Of a stretch of DNA of 64,000 nucleotides, positions 39,612 to 50,746 are shown in pieces (the stretch's first letter is position 1; each line of letters opens with the position of its first letter). The DNA comes from a virus. The notes below the pieces were generated by a model, which was given only the letters and a program-made list of their open reading frames with translations, had not been told where the DNA came from and did no database searches. The stretch lies in the IMG/VR virus record IMGVR_UViG_3300021401_000004, positions 1 through 64,000 of that record. The stretch is one strand, 5' to 3'. Made by a program: the position numbers and the translations under genes.

Positions 39612-39881
39612 CTGTTCCAAAATTTCCCATTTTCGACAGGCCAAGCCACGGTCACGGGCGTTGCCAGCCTGATTGTTGGCGCGAATGCTGCCCGCTCGGG
39701 TATCGTCATCAGCAATACCGACGCCACGAATACCGTGTACTTGATCGAGAATACCTCGGGCACGACTTCCACGGGACATTACTTGCCCGCAGGAGCTAGC
39801 ATTGGATTCTCGACCACGCTCGCTATTTACGGAATTACGAGCGGCCCATCAGTAGTTGTGACTTGGTTGTCCACACAATAA
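39612..39881 (+). CDS. Small virion protein, paralogue of 45597-45863, inferred CTG start
   Basis: (M)FQNFPFSTGQATVT..ANAARSGIVISNT..GFSTTLAIYGIT aligns with the paralogue; GGAGAGGT RBS; in-frame TAA at 39603. Confidence 0.7.
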   Translation: MFQNFPFSTGQATVTGVASLIVGANAARSGIVISNTDATNTVYLIENTSGTTSTGHYLPAGASIGFSTTLAIYGITSGPSVVVTWLSTQ

Positions 39882-39884
39882 GAC

Positions 39885-40514
39885 ATGTTCTGCGCCTATC
39901 TAGAGCAAAATACGGTCAATGGGAAGTTTTACTCAGGCAAAGGCCCGTGGAAAAAGCGCCGTGCTTCCCGAATCTGGCATGCCCATAATCCACAAGGCCA
40001 TTGGCACAATTCCTTAATCTGTCGGGCATATAGAAAACACGGGTCGGATGCTTTTGCTCTACACACAATCTGTCTATTCGATACGGAAGAAGCGGCTTTT
40101 GAACAAGAGAAGGCTTGGATTCGCGAGCTAGACCTAATGAATCCGGAAAAAGGATACAACCTGACTCTAGGCGGGGAAGGAACTTCTGGGTATGTATACA
40201 CGCCTGAGCATAGGCAAAAACTTTCGACAGCCCACAAAGGCAAGCCCGCCAAAAATCTGTATGCTTTACATTCCCCTGAAAGCAGACGCAAGGCGGGGCT
40301 AGCAATTCGCGGAAGAAAGCAATCTCTCGAAACTGTTGCTAAAAGACGTGCCACCTTTCTAGCTAATGGCGGGAATAAGGGCCGTCCGTCCCATCTTCGA
40401 AAGACTCATTGTTTTAGGGGACATTTGTTGCCCGAAATAATTGCCGTAGGCATTCCTCGACATTGTTTAGAATGCCGTCGTATTTATTACGCAACCAATA
40501 AGGCCTCCCGTTGA
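39885..40514 (+). CDS. Divergent GIY-YIG homing endonuclease
   Basis: CAY..NGKFYSG, EKAWI, GYNLTLGGEG, NUMOD3-like repeats. Confidence 0.8.
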   Translation: MFCAYLEQNTVNGKFYSGKGPWKKRRASRIWHAHNPQGHWHNSLICRAYRKHGSDAFALHTICLFDTEEAAFEQEKAWIRELDLMNPEKGYNLTLGGEGTSGYVYTPEHRQKLSTAHKGKPAKNLYALHSPESRRKAGLAIRGRKQSLETVAKRRATFLANGGNKGRPSHLRKTHCFRGHLLPEIIAVGIPRHCLECRRIYYATNKASR

Positions 40515-42007
40515 GTAACAAACAATATCCCGTTCCATTTGAGTTCTCTTCTAAGAGTGGCGGAGGCTCGCCCGGACCTCAAGGTCCCCAAGGGCCTGCG
40601 GGCACTCAAGGGTTTCAGGGTCCACAGGGCTCCGCTGGAAGCCAAGGTGCAACTGGAAGTCAGGGGCCGCAGGGAACGTCGGGATCGCAAGGTTTTCAAG
40701 GACCTCAAGGTAGCGCGGGTGCTCAAGGGCCACAAGGCAATCAAGGCACCCAAGGAGTGCAAGGTCCGCAAGGCTTCCAAGGTTTTCAAGGACCAGCATC
40801 AAGCTCTGTTCCGTGGTCGTCGCTCACGAACGCTGTTGCGAACTTAACGCTCGCAAACGGGGCCAATGCCACGACGTTCAATCAAACTGCCGCAGTAGGC
40901 TGGATTTGGGCCAATACTACCGTAGCGACCGCCGTGTCTACTAATCTTAGCCCATTGCTTGAAGTGGCTGCGAATTACTGGACTGGATCGGCTTCGGCTC
41001 AGGATTCCTGGAATCTACAATCTCAGATCGCCACGGGAACTAATGGAACTAGTGCGCTATCTTTTAATCACCTAGGGTCAATAGGAAATAACTATGTTGC
41101 ATTCCCAGTTACTGGAATTCAGTTTCCAAATACCCCGTTTGCGGTAGATTTCGGAAGCAACGCGGCTTGGACCTTGAATTTTACCAACGCGAGCGGCGTA
41201 ACCACGAACGGTGCGCTAACCTTCGCCAGCAGCACCCTGACGCTTAAAACTTCTGTTGCGAATAACTTTCTGGCGTTTAACGGAAACGTAACATCAAGCG
41301 CCACTGCTTGCGTCTCGCTCGGTAACACGACTTCTTTCGCGGCGACAGCGGCCATAACCCAAGTCGATATCCAGTTAGCCCACGACACGTTCAATCCGGG
41401 CAGCGGATCAGCTTCGTTCCAAGCAGTTCAGATTTCCCCGGCGATAAAGGGAACTTCTAACGGGAATACGACGGCATTGGTTGTCAACCCTACGTTGACC
41501 GCCACGAATCTTACGGGCACGAATCGGATTGCGTCTTTCCAGAGCGCGGGAACTACCGCTCTTGATATCGGATACGTTGGCACGATTACAACTTACGGCG
41601 GACTGACCACGGTTCGGCGCGGAGTCCCGTCGAGTATTGCTTCCACGGACTTGACGGCTCAGACTGCCGCTATCGCCGCAACCACTTTGTTGTCCGCGCC
41701 CGCTACTGGAGCGTACCGAGTCGCGTGGTCCGCCACAATTACTACTGCTTCAGATACCTCCTCCGTGCTCGGGGGCTCGGGCGGTTTTCAAGTTATATAC
41801 ACGTCCCCGACAGACAGTGTTGTCAAGACCACGGTTTCGGGCAATAGCGTTACTAGCGCGGCTAACACCACGGGAACTGCTGTCGGCGACGATATCGTGA
41901 TATACGCCAAAACTGGAACGAATATTCAGTTCCAATACGGGTACACGAGCGTACAAACAACGACCGCTATGGTTTTCGAACTTCACGTTTCGCTTGAAGC
42001 CCTCTAA
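40511..42007 (+). CDS. Collagen-like fibre protein
   Basis: About 24 G-X-Q triplets followed by an S/T-rich beta region. Confidence 0.8.
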   Translation: MSNKQYPVPFEFSSKSGGGSPGPQGPQGPAGTQGFQGPQGSAGSQGATGSQGPQGTSGSQGFQGPQGSAGAQGPQGNQGTQGVQGPQGFQGFQGPASSSVPWSSLTNAVANLTLANGANATTFNQTAAVGWIWANTTVATAVSTNLSPLLEVAANYWTGSASAQDSWNLQSQIATGTNGTSALSFNHLGSIGNNYVAFPVTGIQFPNTPFAVDFGSNAAWTLNFTNASGVTTNGALTFASSTLTLKTSVANNFLAFNGNVTSSATACVSLGNTTSFAATAAITQVDIQLAHDTFNPGSGSASFQAVQISPAIKGTSNGNTTALVVNPTLTATNLTGTNRIASFQSAGTTALDIGYVGTITTYGGLTTVRRGVPSSIASTDLTAQTAAIAATTLLSAPATGAYRVAWSATITTASDTSSVLGGSGGFQVIYTSPTDSVVKTTVSGNSVTSAANTTGTAVGDDIVIYAKTGTNIQFQYGYTSVQTTTAMVFELHVSLEAL

Positions 42008-42015
42008 AATAACGA

Positions 42016-42831
42016 ATGACAAAAACGTATCAACTTGGCGATTATTGTTCGATGACGGTTCCTACGATGCCGTCCGATCTCGGGCCTCCTACTTCGGGCG
42101 TTCAAGATAGTCACGGAAATCTGGGAACTCCCGGCCAAGTTTTGAGTTCGATTGCGGGCGGAACGCAGTGGGTTTCCACAGCCTCCGGTTCGCAGGGCCC
42201 GCAAGGGCCGACGGGTAGTAACGGATCAACGGGCGTGCAAGGTCCGCAGGGCGCGACCGGAACCACGGGAAATTCTGGTAATACGGGAAGCCAAGGCCCA
42301 CAAGGTAGTAATGGCAGTCAAGGTCCCCAAGGAACTCAAGGTTCCAGTCCGTTTTCCGGAGTTCAAGGGCCGCCCGTATACGCAATTCAAGGAACACAGT
42401 TTAGCTGCACGGCTCAAACTCCGACTTCAGTTCAAGGTTGCCAAGTTACGGGCTTGGCTGCCAACGCTACGTATAAATTCGAGATTCTTCTCGGAGTTCA
42501 GGGCGTAGGAATTCAAGGCTATCAGTTCGGGCTTCAGTGTACGCAAAGCGGAGCGTCGCAAGGCGCGGCGATTCTCGCCAAGGTCGCGGGCGGCCCGCAA
42601 GGAACTGTTGCCACAGGAACGGGCCATCAGAGTTATATGGCTACGGGCTTCGGTATCCAAGGCCCGCAAATGTGCGGCGCAGTCGGTAGCTCGTGGATGA
42701 CCGCCGAGGGAATCTTCACCACCAACGCCGTTGCGGGCAGCGTGTTCGGCGTTCAGGTAAAAGGCACGCAGGCAACGATAACGCCCGCCGTGCTCGCGAA
42801 TTCGTATCTCAGGCTAGAGCGGTTGGCTTAA
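42016..42831 (+). CDS. Collagen-like fibre protein
   Basis: G-X-Y repeats and many QG dipeptides. Confidence 0.75.
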   Translation: MTKTYQLGDYCSMTVPTMPSDLGPPTSGVQDSHGNLGTPGQVLSSIAGGTQWVSTASGSQGPQGPTGSNGSTGVQGPQGATGTTGNSGNTGSQGPQGSNGSQGPQGTQGSSPFSGVQGPPVYAIQGTQFSCTAQTPTSVQGCQVTGLAANATYKFEILLGVQGVGIQGYQFGLQCTQSGASQGAAILAKVAGGPQGTVATGTGHQSYMATGFGIQGPQMCGAVGSSWMTAEGIFTTNAVAGSVFGVQVKGTQATITPAVLANSYLRLERLA

Positions 42832-43409
42832 AGGTCTTGTAAAAAGTCTGCGGGCACCGGGCTGTGCGTTTTCCGCACAAGTTTTAGACTTTCTCTGATG
42901 TCTTTTCCGTCATCCGGAGCTTCGTTGCCGAGAACCGTCCAATTAGGTCGGGACCGACGTCCGAATATTTCAAGATAAGGGCCGGGGAAGTTTTGTTCGA
43001 TTATCTCGTGAATTGTGTCGGGCTTCTGGCTGTGCTTCAAGCGGGGAGACGCAAAGATAGACCGTTGTTTAGGGCAACGGACGGAAGGAACGTTTGGTTT
43101 TCGCCCGACCATGACAAGTTCGTGGTCCCCACGAAACCAATATCCCACTCCTAGGCCAGTATTCTTATGCCACACGAGTTGGGACTTGTACTCGAACCCC
43201 CACGCTTTCATAAGCTCCACGGATTCCCAGACGAAAGGCCCGGTCGTCCAGCAAAATAGGTAGCCCGAAACAACGTCCCCAACGGGCAGAGTTTTGAGTT
43301 CATCAATGGGCATGAGTTTGTATTGGTCACAAACATAGCCCTGACTTTTGCCTGCCCGAACCTCTCGGTAGGGCCAAGGCGGGTCGATAATTGCGGTTTG
43401 AAAAATCAT
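42828..43409 (-). CDS. MT-A70 family adenine methyltransferase
   Basis: IIDPPW, WGFEY, VWHK, HSQKP, LEIFGR, GNE. Confidence 0.92.
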   Translation of the reverse strand: MIFQTAIIDPPWPYREVRAGKSQGYVCDQYKLMPIDELKTLPVGDVVSGYLFCWTTGPFVWESVELMKAWGFEYKSQLVWHKNTGLGVGYWFRGDHELVMVGRKPNVPSVRCPKQRSIFASPRLKHSQKPDTIHEIIEQNFPGPYLEIFGRRSRPNWTVLGNEAPDDGKDIRESLKLVRKTHSPVPADFLQDL

Positions 43410-43415
43410 CAAGTA

Positions 43416-43444
43416 ATTGTACAGAAAACGAACTAGTTTGTCAA
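43416..43444 (-). promoter_or_regulatory. sigma70 promoter with 13-bp motif in the spacer
   Basis: TTGACA-aactagttcgttttctg-TACAAT; ATG 7 nt downstream. Confidence 0.85.
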
Positions 43445-43455
43445 GACCCTAAAAC

Positions 43456-45162
43456 ATGCGATACACGATTATTACGCCCACGATCCTTCGCCCGAGTTTA
43501 TTGCGGGCGTGCGCCTCGGTTGACAGCCAAACCTATAAAGACTACGAGCACATCGTCGTTGTAGACTCTGAGATTTCAGACGACACAATCTCGAAGATCG
43601 CTCATCCGCAGAGAACGGTTGTCCGATGTGAAAAGCCCCATAATAATTGGGGGCATACTTGCACCCATCAGGCTTGGGCACTCGCCAAGGGCGACTACGT
43701 TCTCAGGTTGGACGACGATAATTTCCTAGCCGATCCAAACGTTCTCGAAGACCTGAAGGTAGTTGACAAGCCTTGGGCGATTTTCCCGATGACGCGTTTT
43801 GGCGGGCGATTCTTTAACGATCCGCCTGGAATACGGAAAACGGATTCGGGTAGCATCTTGGTCCGCCGCGATCTCGGCCCGTGGCCCGATCTGAATCAGT
43901 ACGACGCGGACGGGGTGTTCGTTGAGCAACTTCTAAAGCAGCATCCGTACCAAGCGTTGGCTGACAGTCGCCCGTTAGTTATCGCACCACATTCGGCAGA
44001 AAATGTCGAAGTTACGACGGGCAATCGAGTGTCGATCTACACGCCCGTACATGACGCTTCGTACTTACCGCAGGTTTACGAATCGATTAAGCACCAGGAT
44101 TTTTGGGAATGGATAATTGTATGGAACAACGGGGCGGTTCCGTTGGAGTTCAACGATCCTCGGGTAAAATCCCGCGTCTTATACAAAGCACCCGAAAAGG
44201 TAGGTACGCTAAAAGCCTACGCCTGCGAGCAAGCCGCGGGCGATATCCTTCTAGAGCTTGACTGCGACGACCTTTTGTTGCCCGGCGCGATCTCAGAAGT
44301 TCAGAAAGCGTTCGCCGATCCAGAAATTGGATTTGTCTATTCGAACGCGATTCATACTACGGGCGACCTTGAGAAGTTCCCGCGCTACGACGAAATCTAC
44401 GGGTGGAAATTCCGCGAAGTAGAATACGCGGGCAAGATTTTAGACGAGTGCGTGAGTTTTCCGCCGACGCCCGAAGCCGTATCAAGAATCTGGTACGCGC
44501 CTGATCACCTTCGGGCATTTCGTAGAAGCGTGTATCACCAGATCGGCGGCTATGACAAGTCCATGAAGATTCTGGACGACTCGGATATTATTTGTCGGGC
44601 GTATTTGGCTACAAAGTTCAAGCACATCGACAAGCCGCTGTACGTCTACCGCGTCCACGGGAACAATTCTTGGCTGCGGTTTAACAAGGATATTCAGGAA
44701 GGCGTTTATAAAGTCTACGATCAGTACATCGAGAGACTGGCGGGCCGCTGGGCAAACCTTAACGGGCTGGCGGTAGTTGACGATCTAAATATCTTACCAA
44801 TGTTGCCCGAAAGTTCTGCGGGCGTTATTCGTTCAACTTCGCTTTGTATGGCGGCTGACCCAATTCGGGTGATGAAAGAAATATCCCGAGTTCTGGCCCC
44901 CGGAGGAATGGCGTTCCTTACCGTGCCTTCGACTGATGGGCGAGGCGCTTTCCAAGACCCGAGGCATAGGTCATTCTGGAACGAAAATTCGTTTCTTTAT
45001 TATACGAACAAGGGCTGGAGTAAATTTATTGAGACGCCCGTAAAATTTCAGGCGACAAGATTGTACACGACCGAAAAAGACGAACGGCAAATCTGCTGGA
45101 CAATCGCTCATCTTGTTTCGCTTAAATCGGGCTACCGCCCGCCGGGATTAATTGAAATATGA
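43456..45162 (+). CDS. Tandem GT2-GT2-methyltransferase fusion
   Basis: IITPT..LDDD; IYTPVH..LDCDD; C-terminal MKEISRVLAPGG..FQDPRH. Confidence 0.85.
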   Translation: MRYTIITPTILRPSLLRACASVDSQTYKDYEHIVVVDSEISDDTISKIAHPQRTVVRCEKPHNNWGHTCTHQAWALAKGDYVLRLDDDNFLADPNVLEDLKVVDKPWAIFPMTRFGGRFFNDPPGIRKTDSGSILVRRDLGPWPDLNQYDADGVFVEQLLKQHPYQALADSRPLVIAPHSAENVEVTTGNRVSIYTPVHDASYLPQVYESIKHQDFWEWIIVWNNGAVPLEFNDPRVKSRVLYKAPEKVGTLKAYACEQAAGDILLELDCDDLLLPGAISEVQKAFADPEIGFVYSNAIHTTGDLEKFPRYDEIYGWKFREVEYAGKILDECVSFPPTPEAVSRIWYAPDHLRAFRRSVYHQIGGYDKSMKILDDSDIICRAYLATKFKHIDKPLYVYRVHGNNSWLRFNKDIQEGVYKVYDQYIERLAGRWANLNGLAVVDDLNILPMLPESSAGVIRSTSLCMAADPIRVMKEISRVLAPGGMAFLTVPSTDGRGAFQDPRHRSFWNENSFLYYTNKGWSKFIETPVKFQATRLYTTEKDERQICWTIAHLVSLKSGYRPPGLIEI

Positions 45163-45572
45163 GCATTACCTTGACAACGCCGTACGTAGTAAATGTAAAC
45201 GGGTCGGTCGTGGAAGACGATACTATCGGGGCGTGTACAAGTTCTTCAATGGACTACCTCGCCCGCATGCTTACGTATACTTTCAAAATAGGTTCCCTTA
45301 CGGGCAGCCCGTCAAACCTAAACGTCGGCCCGTACTCCCAGAATCCGCCTAGTCAAAACATTGTTGTCAGCGTCTACGTAGGCCCGACTATTGGCACACA
45401 GACTTTCGGGCAATGGTTTTTGAATGGCGTTCTTCAGGCGACGATCATTCCTTCGGGCACTCTGGCCCCATTCGTTACAAGTCTTTTGGCCGACAGGAAC
45501 TCGGCAGAAGGTTTTGTCGCGGTGAGCGGCGGCCTTCTCCCCGGTTCGGTCGTGCCTTGGACCCAGCTTTAA
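45159..45572 (+). CDS. Putative virion protein
   Basis: 137 aa, S/T/V-rich; ATGA coupling. Confidence 0.6.
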   Translation: MSITLTTPYVVNVNGSVVEDDTIGACTSSSMDYLARMLTYTFKIGSLTGSPSNLNVGPYSQNPPSQNIVVSVYVGPTIGTQTFGQWFLNGVLQATIIPSGTLAPFVTSLLADRNSAEGFVAVSGGLLPGSVVPWTQL

Positions 45573-45596
45573 TCCGTTTTCCGTACAGGAGATTTC

Positions 45597-45863
45597 ATGT
45601 TTCAAAATTATCCGTTTAATACATCGCAAGTCTCGGTCACGGCGTCGGCTACACCGATCTTGCCCGCCAACTCCAGTCGCTCTGGAGTATCAATAGTCAA
45701 TACGGGCAGCACCACGGTCTATATTGGAAACAGTGCGTCCGTCACGACTTCCACGGGCTACCCTGTTTTAGCAAGTTCGGCGGTTGGGTTCGCTACCACA
45801 CTCGCTATCTTCGGAGTTACGGCATCATCTTCGTCCACCGTCGGCGTTTTGGAAACCCAATAA
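45597..45863 (+). CDS. Small virion protein
   Basis: AGGAG RBS; paralogue of 39612-39881. Confidence 0.7.
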   Translation: MFQNYPFNTSQVSVTASATPILPANSSRSGVSIVNTGSTTVYIGNSASVTTSTGYPVLASSAVGFATTLAIFGVTASSSSTVGVLETQ

Positions 45864-45864
45864 C

Positions 45865-46560
45865 ATGGCGAATAAGCAATATTACGTTCCAACAAACTCT
45901 TCCTCTGGAACTGGCGGGGGCGGCGGAGTTTCGTCCATCACGGGCGACGGCTCACTCATTACTAACAGCGGGTCAACGGGCGCGGTAACCTTGACGCTCG
46001 GAACGCTGCCCGCAACTTCCCTTCCCATTCCTACCGGGGCCGAAACAGCGGGTATAGGATATTTCTTTGGCGGAATATCTTCGCCTGATATATTGTCTAA
46101 GGGCGGACTGGCACTATCTACCACGGGCTGGACAGCGAACCAAGCCTACGCCTTCCTGTTCTACCAACCTTCCGTTATTTCGGTCGGCCATGTCTCGATC
46201 CTTTGCGCGACGGCCAGCGCAGCGACAGCGGCGAGCGCCGGGATTTACAGCGTTACGGGGACCAAACTTGTTGATAGCGGAGTTTTCGCAACCACAAGCC
46301 CCGGCGTGCTTACGAACGCGATTACGCCCGTTACACTTCAAGCCGCGTTTTATTACTACGTTTTTACGACCAACTCGGCAGCGAACGGCTTTGAATACTT
46401 TGGCGGGAACAGCACCAATCTCGGTCTGATCGTTAACGCCCTTGGAAATCGGGCGGCTAAAGGCACGGCGACTACGGGCGGGGCTTTGAATACCGCTCTT
46501 GGTTCATTAACCGCATTGGCCGCTATTACTTCTTGCCCGATGGCACTGTTCGAGCCGTAA
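45865..46560 (+). CDS. Putative fibre/virion protein
   Basis: MANKQYYVP N-terminus similar to 40511; GVSSITG repeat-like segment. Confidence 0.65.
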   Translation: MANKQYYVPTNSSSGTGGGGGVSSITGDGSLITNSGSTGAVTLTLGTLPATSLPIPTGAETAGIGYFFGGISSPDILSKGGLALSTTGWTANQAYAFLFYQPSVISVGHVSILCATASAATAASAGIYSVTGTKLVDSGVFATTSPGVLTNAITPVTLQAAFYYYVFTTNSAANGFEYFGGNSTNLGLIVNALGNRAAKGTATTGGALNTALGSLTALAAITSCPMALFEP

Positions 46561-46575
46561 CAAGGAAAATATCTT

Positions 46576-48909
46576 ATGGGTTTTGATTACACGGTTGTTG
46601 GACCGCCGACGCTACCCGCGCCATCGACGCCCGCGACTTGTTACGACAAGCAGAACGACGTTCTTTATTGCTCGACACCCGCGAATCCCACGATTCCTAC
46701 TACGTGGTCGCCTATTAACGGGTACGCGGGCACGAACCCGCAAACTGGTAGTTATTCGGCGCAGATATCGGATAACGCGCATTTGCTGGTGTTCAATATT
46801 GGCGGAACGCCCGCAACTCTTAAGCTTTTGAATCCTCCGCCTAGTTCGACTTGGGCGACGTACGTACAAAATATAGGAACAGCAAGTCTTACGGTTTCTG
46901 GCAACGGTCTAGACATCAACGGCATTCCCGCATCTTTGTCGGTTTCCGGGGGATCGGGCGTTCTAATATATACGGACGGAAAGAATTACTTCGCTCTGCT
47001 TGGGGGCGGGGGAAGTGGGTCTCAAGGACCGCAGGGCCCGCAAGGTCCTCAAGGGTTCCAAGGAGCACAAGGTTCTGGTGTTCAAGGGCCTCAAGGGACT
47101 CCCGGACCACAAGGCAATCAGGGATTCCAAGGCCCGCAGGGATCGGGCGCTCAAGGGGCGCAGGGCGTCCAAGGCCCGCAAGGATTGCAAGGGTTTCAAG
47201 GCCCCGCTGGCGGCGGGAACAGCAACCTGATTCTAGCCAATACTACGCCCGCAACCTCTTCGACGCCGCAGTCGTCCCCGGTTTTGGGATTAGACGGTAC
47301 ATGGTTCGGGCCGTTCTTAGCCTCCGCAACGGATGGCTGGACTATTCAGGATGTTCCCACGGTATCGACAACCATGCCCGCTGGCAAAGTTGCTACGGCG
47401 TCTGAGACGGGCGGCGTTGTTACTCTTTCGGGCACGGGTATGACCGTGTTTCCTGTATTGAGTACAGCAGGGTTTACGGGCACCAATCAGGGAAGCACGC
47501 CCGTAATTTTCGAAGGCTTTACTACGCTAACTTGGCTCAACGGTCAAGTCGTGAAGTTGATTACTAATACGTCTTCGTCGATAACCTTTCTTGATCCTAC
47601 TAGCCACGCCAATCAGGGAAGTGTCGCGGAAACTGGTGTCACGGCTTCGTCCGCACAGAGCACGCTAACATTTCAGCAACTTTCGGGCTCAGCCCCATTA
47701 GGCGTATTTCAATTATCGAACCCCACTCCGGCGACTGCGGATTCGATGATGACTTCTCCAACCTTGCAATTCCAGACGAATCGCTGGAACGGGTCCTCGT
47801 CCGTGCCCGAAGACTGGAGTATTTATTCTAACGGCATCACTACGGGAAACGCCGCCGCGAGCCTGGTTTTCTCTTACACGGGGCAAACCACGAACACGGG
47901 CGCAGTCCTATTAGTCGGGCAGGGCAATTCGAACCAGAACACACCCAACCTTGGCTGGTATAACAACAACAACGGAGTCCTCCAAACCGTAGGATTCATT
48001 GGCATGACGCCCGCAGACGGAACGACGTACAACACGGCGTTCAGCATGCAAACCACTTCAAACGGAAGTGCGATGGCGCTAGGCGGCGCGGCGGGTTCTA
48101 CGGCAGGCGCGGATGTAGACATCGGCAGCCAGAACAATAACGTCAGAAACAATACAACTGGCCCGAACTACGGCATTGTTTTGGGTGGGGTGTATTTGGG
48201 CGGAAATCCCGGATTCGGCGGGGAAACCTTTCAGCCCGCTTCCGGCGCGTCCAAGAATTTCTGCGTCTGGGTGGGGGGGAAGTTTAATCCGACCACCGGG
48301 ACTAGCACTTTCTCGGGATTGTACGTAACCCCGATTATCGCGGGCACGAGCAGCGGAAACACGACGGCACTAACGGTCGCCCCGCAACAAACTCTCACTA
48401 ATCTTACGGGCACCAATCTAATTCAGGATTGGCAGTCGGGGGCGTCGGGAACTACGCCCGGAACCTCCGTAGCCAGCATCGACTACAACGGAAAATTCCA
48501 TACATATTCTGGAATAACGACGGCGGGCAACGGTGTTCCGGCGGAAGCTAACCAGATCATCGCCACAGGCTTGACCGCAAATTACAATGCGGGCACTGCG
48601 AAGACGATTTTTACGCCTACTGCGGCGAGTCAACTACGGATTTCGTTCACTCAGGCTATCACGACGGCGGATGCGGTTAGTTCGACATTCCCGAGCCTCA
48701 CACTTGGCTGGACGGATGCGGGCGGAATCGCCCGAACCAAAATTCTCGTTGCGACTTCGGCTACAAATACGACGGCGGTAGAAAGCGACGGAGTAACGGT
48801 TATCACCACGAACACTAGCACGGCGGTTACGGTTACTAGCGCGAGTTATGCTTCAAACACGCCCGCGACTATGACATACGCCCTGACGATAACGACCGAG
48901 GTACTTTAA
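46576..48909 (+). CDS. Collagen-like tail fibre
   Basis: GXQ repeats; C-terminus paralogous to 40511-42007. Confidence 0.8.
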   Translation: MGFDYTVVGPPTLPAPSTPATCYDKQNDVLYCSTPANPTIPTTWSPINGYAGTNPQTGSYSAQISDNAHLLVFNIGGTPATLKLLNPPPSSTWATYVQNIGTASLTVSGNGLDINGIPASLSVSGGSGVLIYTDGKNYFALLGGGGSGSQGPQGPQGPQGFQGAQGSGVQGPQGTPGPQGNQGFQGPQGSGAQGAQGVQGPQGLQGFQGPAGGGNSNLILANTTPATSSTPQSSPVLGLDGTWFGPFLASATDGWTIQDVPTVSTTMPAGKVATASETGGVVTLSGTGMTVFPVLSTAGFTGTNQGSTPVIFEGFTTLTWLNGQVVKLITNTSSSITFLDPTSHANQGSVAETGVTASSAQSTLTFQQLSGSAPLGVFQLSNPTPATADSMMTSPTLQFQTNRWNGSSSVPEDWSIYSNGITTGNAAASLVFSYTGQTTNTGAVLLVGQGNSNQNTPNLGWYNNNNGVLQTVGFIGMTPADGTTYNTAFSMQTTSNGSAMALGGAAGSTAGADVDIGSQNNNVRNNTTGPNYGIVLGGVYLGGNPGFGGETFQPASGASKNFCVWVGGKFNPTTGTSTFSGLYVTPIIAGTSSGNTTALTVAPQQTLTNLTGTNLIQDWQSGASGTTPGTSVASIDYNGKFHTYSGITTAGNGVPAEANQIIATGLTANYNAGTAKTIFTPTAASQLRISFTQAITTADAVSSTFPSLTLGWTDAGGIARTKILVATSATNTTAVESDGVTVITTNTSTAVTVTSASYASNTPATMTYALTITTEVL

Positions 48910-48910
48910 A

Positions 48911-49099
48911 ATGATGGATAAAATTCTCAGCAATATGAAGGATTATCATCTTCCGATCTGCCTACTCGTGTTTCTTATAGGAAGCGTGATTCATTGGTTC
49001 CATCATTTGGATGCAAGTTACGTGGGGTTTACCGCTACGGTTCTTGGGGCAATTACGGGGCACGCCTTCTCGCCAGCACAAAACAACAACGGCCAATAA
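48911..49099 (+). CDS. Holin-like small membrane protein
   Basis: Two hydrophobic segments in 62 aa. Confidence 0.45.
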   Translation: MMDKILSNMKDYHLPICLLVFLIGSVIHWFHHLDASYVGFTATVLGAITGHAFSPAQNNNGQ

Positions 49100-49117
49100 T
49101 ACGGAAAACGGACAAAT

Positions 49118-49438
49118 ATGATCTTCATCGTAATCCTAATCTCGGTTGCCTTCTGCGAAGCCTGCGGAATCTACGACGCTACAATGACCGAAAAGGGCCT
49201 GAAGGCGGGCGTTGCCGTTGAGGGTTTTGATTGGCTCGTAGGCGAAAAGCCGAGTGCGGTCGCCTTGTATCTACGGGACAATCTTCTACTCGGGTTCTGC
49301 TCATTGCCCGCAATCTTGTGCGCAACCGTTTTCCATAACGTGCCTCTGGCTTACGGGGCGTGCATTTCGCCCGTACTCTATGGGATTAAACACATTCAGG
49401 GCGGTAGGCAATGGAAGAAACTTGTGGGTGGGAAATAG
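49118..49438 (+). CDS. Membrane protein
   Basis: Several hydrophobic segments. Confidence 0.55.
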   Translation: MIFIVILISVAFCEACGIYDATMTEKGLKAGVAVEGFDWLVGEKPSAVALYLRDNLLLGFCSLPAILCATVFHNVPLAYGACISPVLYGIKHIQGGRQWKKLVGGK

Positions 49439-50743
49439 ATGGCCGTTAACAACTCCAGCTACACGCTCCAGGATGTCGCGGACATAATCTCGGCGAATGG
49501 AGATACCGCGCCCGCGTTGGCTACGGGCGGGTTCTCGCAGCAGCCCATGATCCAGATGGCCAATAAAGTTTTGGCGGCCATGCTAAACGGAGGAGCACAG
49601 GGGCAGCCGATGGGATGGAAATGGAATCGACTGCTCGTTACCCCCTTCCCCACGATTTCTTGGCAGCAGGATTATTTTATTGCTGGACTGGTAAATCTTT
49701 CGTGGCTTGAGAGCGCGTGGGGGATTTGTTTCACAAACACTTCCCAGCCGAAACCGAAGATACCCCTCGAAGTTCATAAGGACTTGTTAGTTACGTATCA
49801 GCAGTGCGGATACCCTGGGAAAGTGTGCTGGGTCCAGGCTAGTCAAGCGCAAACCGGAACGTGGGGTGACACGGAACTTCAAACTCCGACCGGACAAAAC
49901 AACCCCGGCCCTGGAGTTTTGTATGTAAATCCGTTAACCGTACTGACCCAACCTTCGAACGCTTCGACCGCAATCGAAGACCCGAACGGCGGGCTTTGGG
50001 CGCTTACGACTTACGGAACCTGCGGAACGTTCAACCCATTCGCGTTGAATATCACAGCGACTTCGATTACCGGAAATGTTCTGACTGTTACTTGCCCGAA
50101 TTCAGTTCAAATTGGGCAGAGCGTGTTGCTTCAGGGAACTGCTGAACCGTTCCTAAACGGGCAGTCTGTAACCGTGGCGTCCGTTATCGGAGCTAGCCCG
50201 AATCAAACAGGATTTACCGCCGCATTTGTAAATGCAAATTACAGCAACCCCGCCGACACTGGAACCGTATTCATCAATCAGACTTACCCGACTCTGACTA
50301 GCCCTAACATCGTGGCTACGACCGTCATCGACGGAACCGTTGTCTGGACCGCGATCAACCCCAACGGGCAAGCGATTCGCCTGAATCCGATTCCGCCGCA
50401 GCAAGGCCAAGTCTGGACGATCAACTGCGTGGGACAATTGCGAATTACTCAGTTCACGACGTTGACGCAAAGCCTGGGAGTACTGCCCGACGATTACTAT
50501 CAGACTTTCGTAGACGGCTGCATGTCCGAAGCATACCGAAGAAATCCAGACGCAAAAATACGCGCCCGTTTCAAAGACGAGTGGACTATTTGGTTGAAGT
50601 CTCTGAAAGAGTCTTTCGACTTTGCGAATAAAGAAATGGACGATTTTGGTTTTTATCCTTCCGAACCGATCATGGAGACGGGCGCGGGCAGCATTTGGCT
50701 GGGGCCTGCTGCGCCGTATCCAGGATGGCCGTGGTACTACTAA
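49439..50743 (+). CDS. Putative head-tail adaptor with inserted beta modules
   Basis: WKWNR..QQDY..WLE core shared with the next gene; position in the tail module. Confidence 0.55.
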   Translation: MAVNNSSYTLQDVADIISANGDTAPALATGGFSQQPMIQMANKVLAAMLNGGAQGQPMGWKWNRLLVTPFPTISWQQDYFIAGLVNLSWLESAWGICFTNTSQPKPKIPLEVHKDLLVTYQQCGYPGKVCWVQASQAQTGTWGDTELQTPTGQNNPGPGVLYVNPLTVLTQPSNASTAIEDPNGGLWALTTYGTCGTFNPFALNITATSITGNVLTVTCPNSVQIGQSVLLQGTAEPFLNGQSVTVASVIGASPNQTGFTAAFVNANYSNPADTGTVFINQTYPTLTSPNIVATTVIDGTVVWTAINPNGQAIRLNPIPPQQGQVWTINCVGQLRITQFTTLTQSLGVLPDDYYQTFVDGCMSEAYRRNPDAKIRARFKDEWTIWLKSLKESFDFANKEMDDFGFYPSEPIMETGAGSIWLGPAAPYPGWPWYY

Positions 50744-50746
50744 AAT

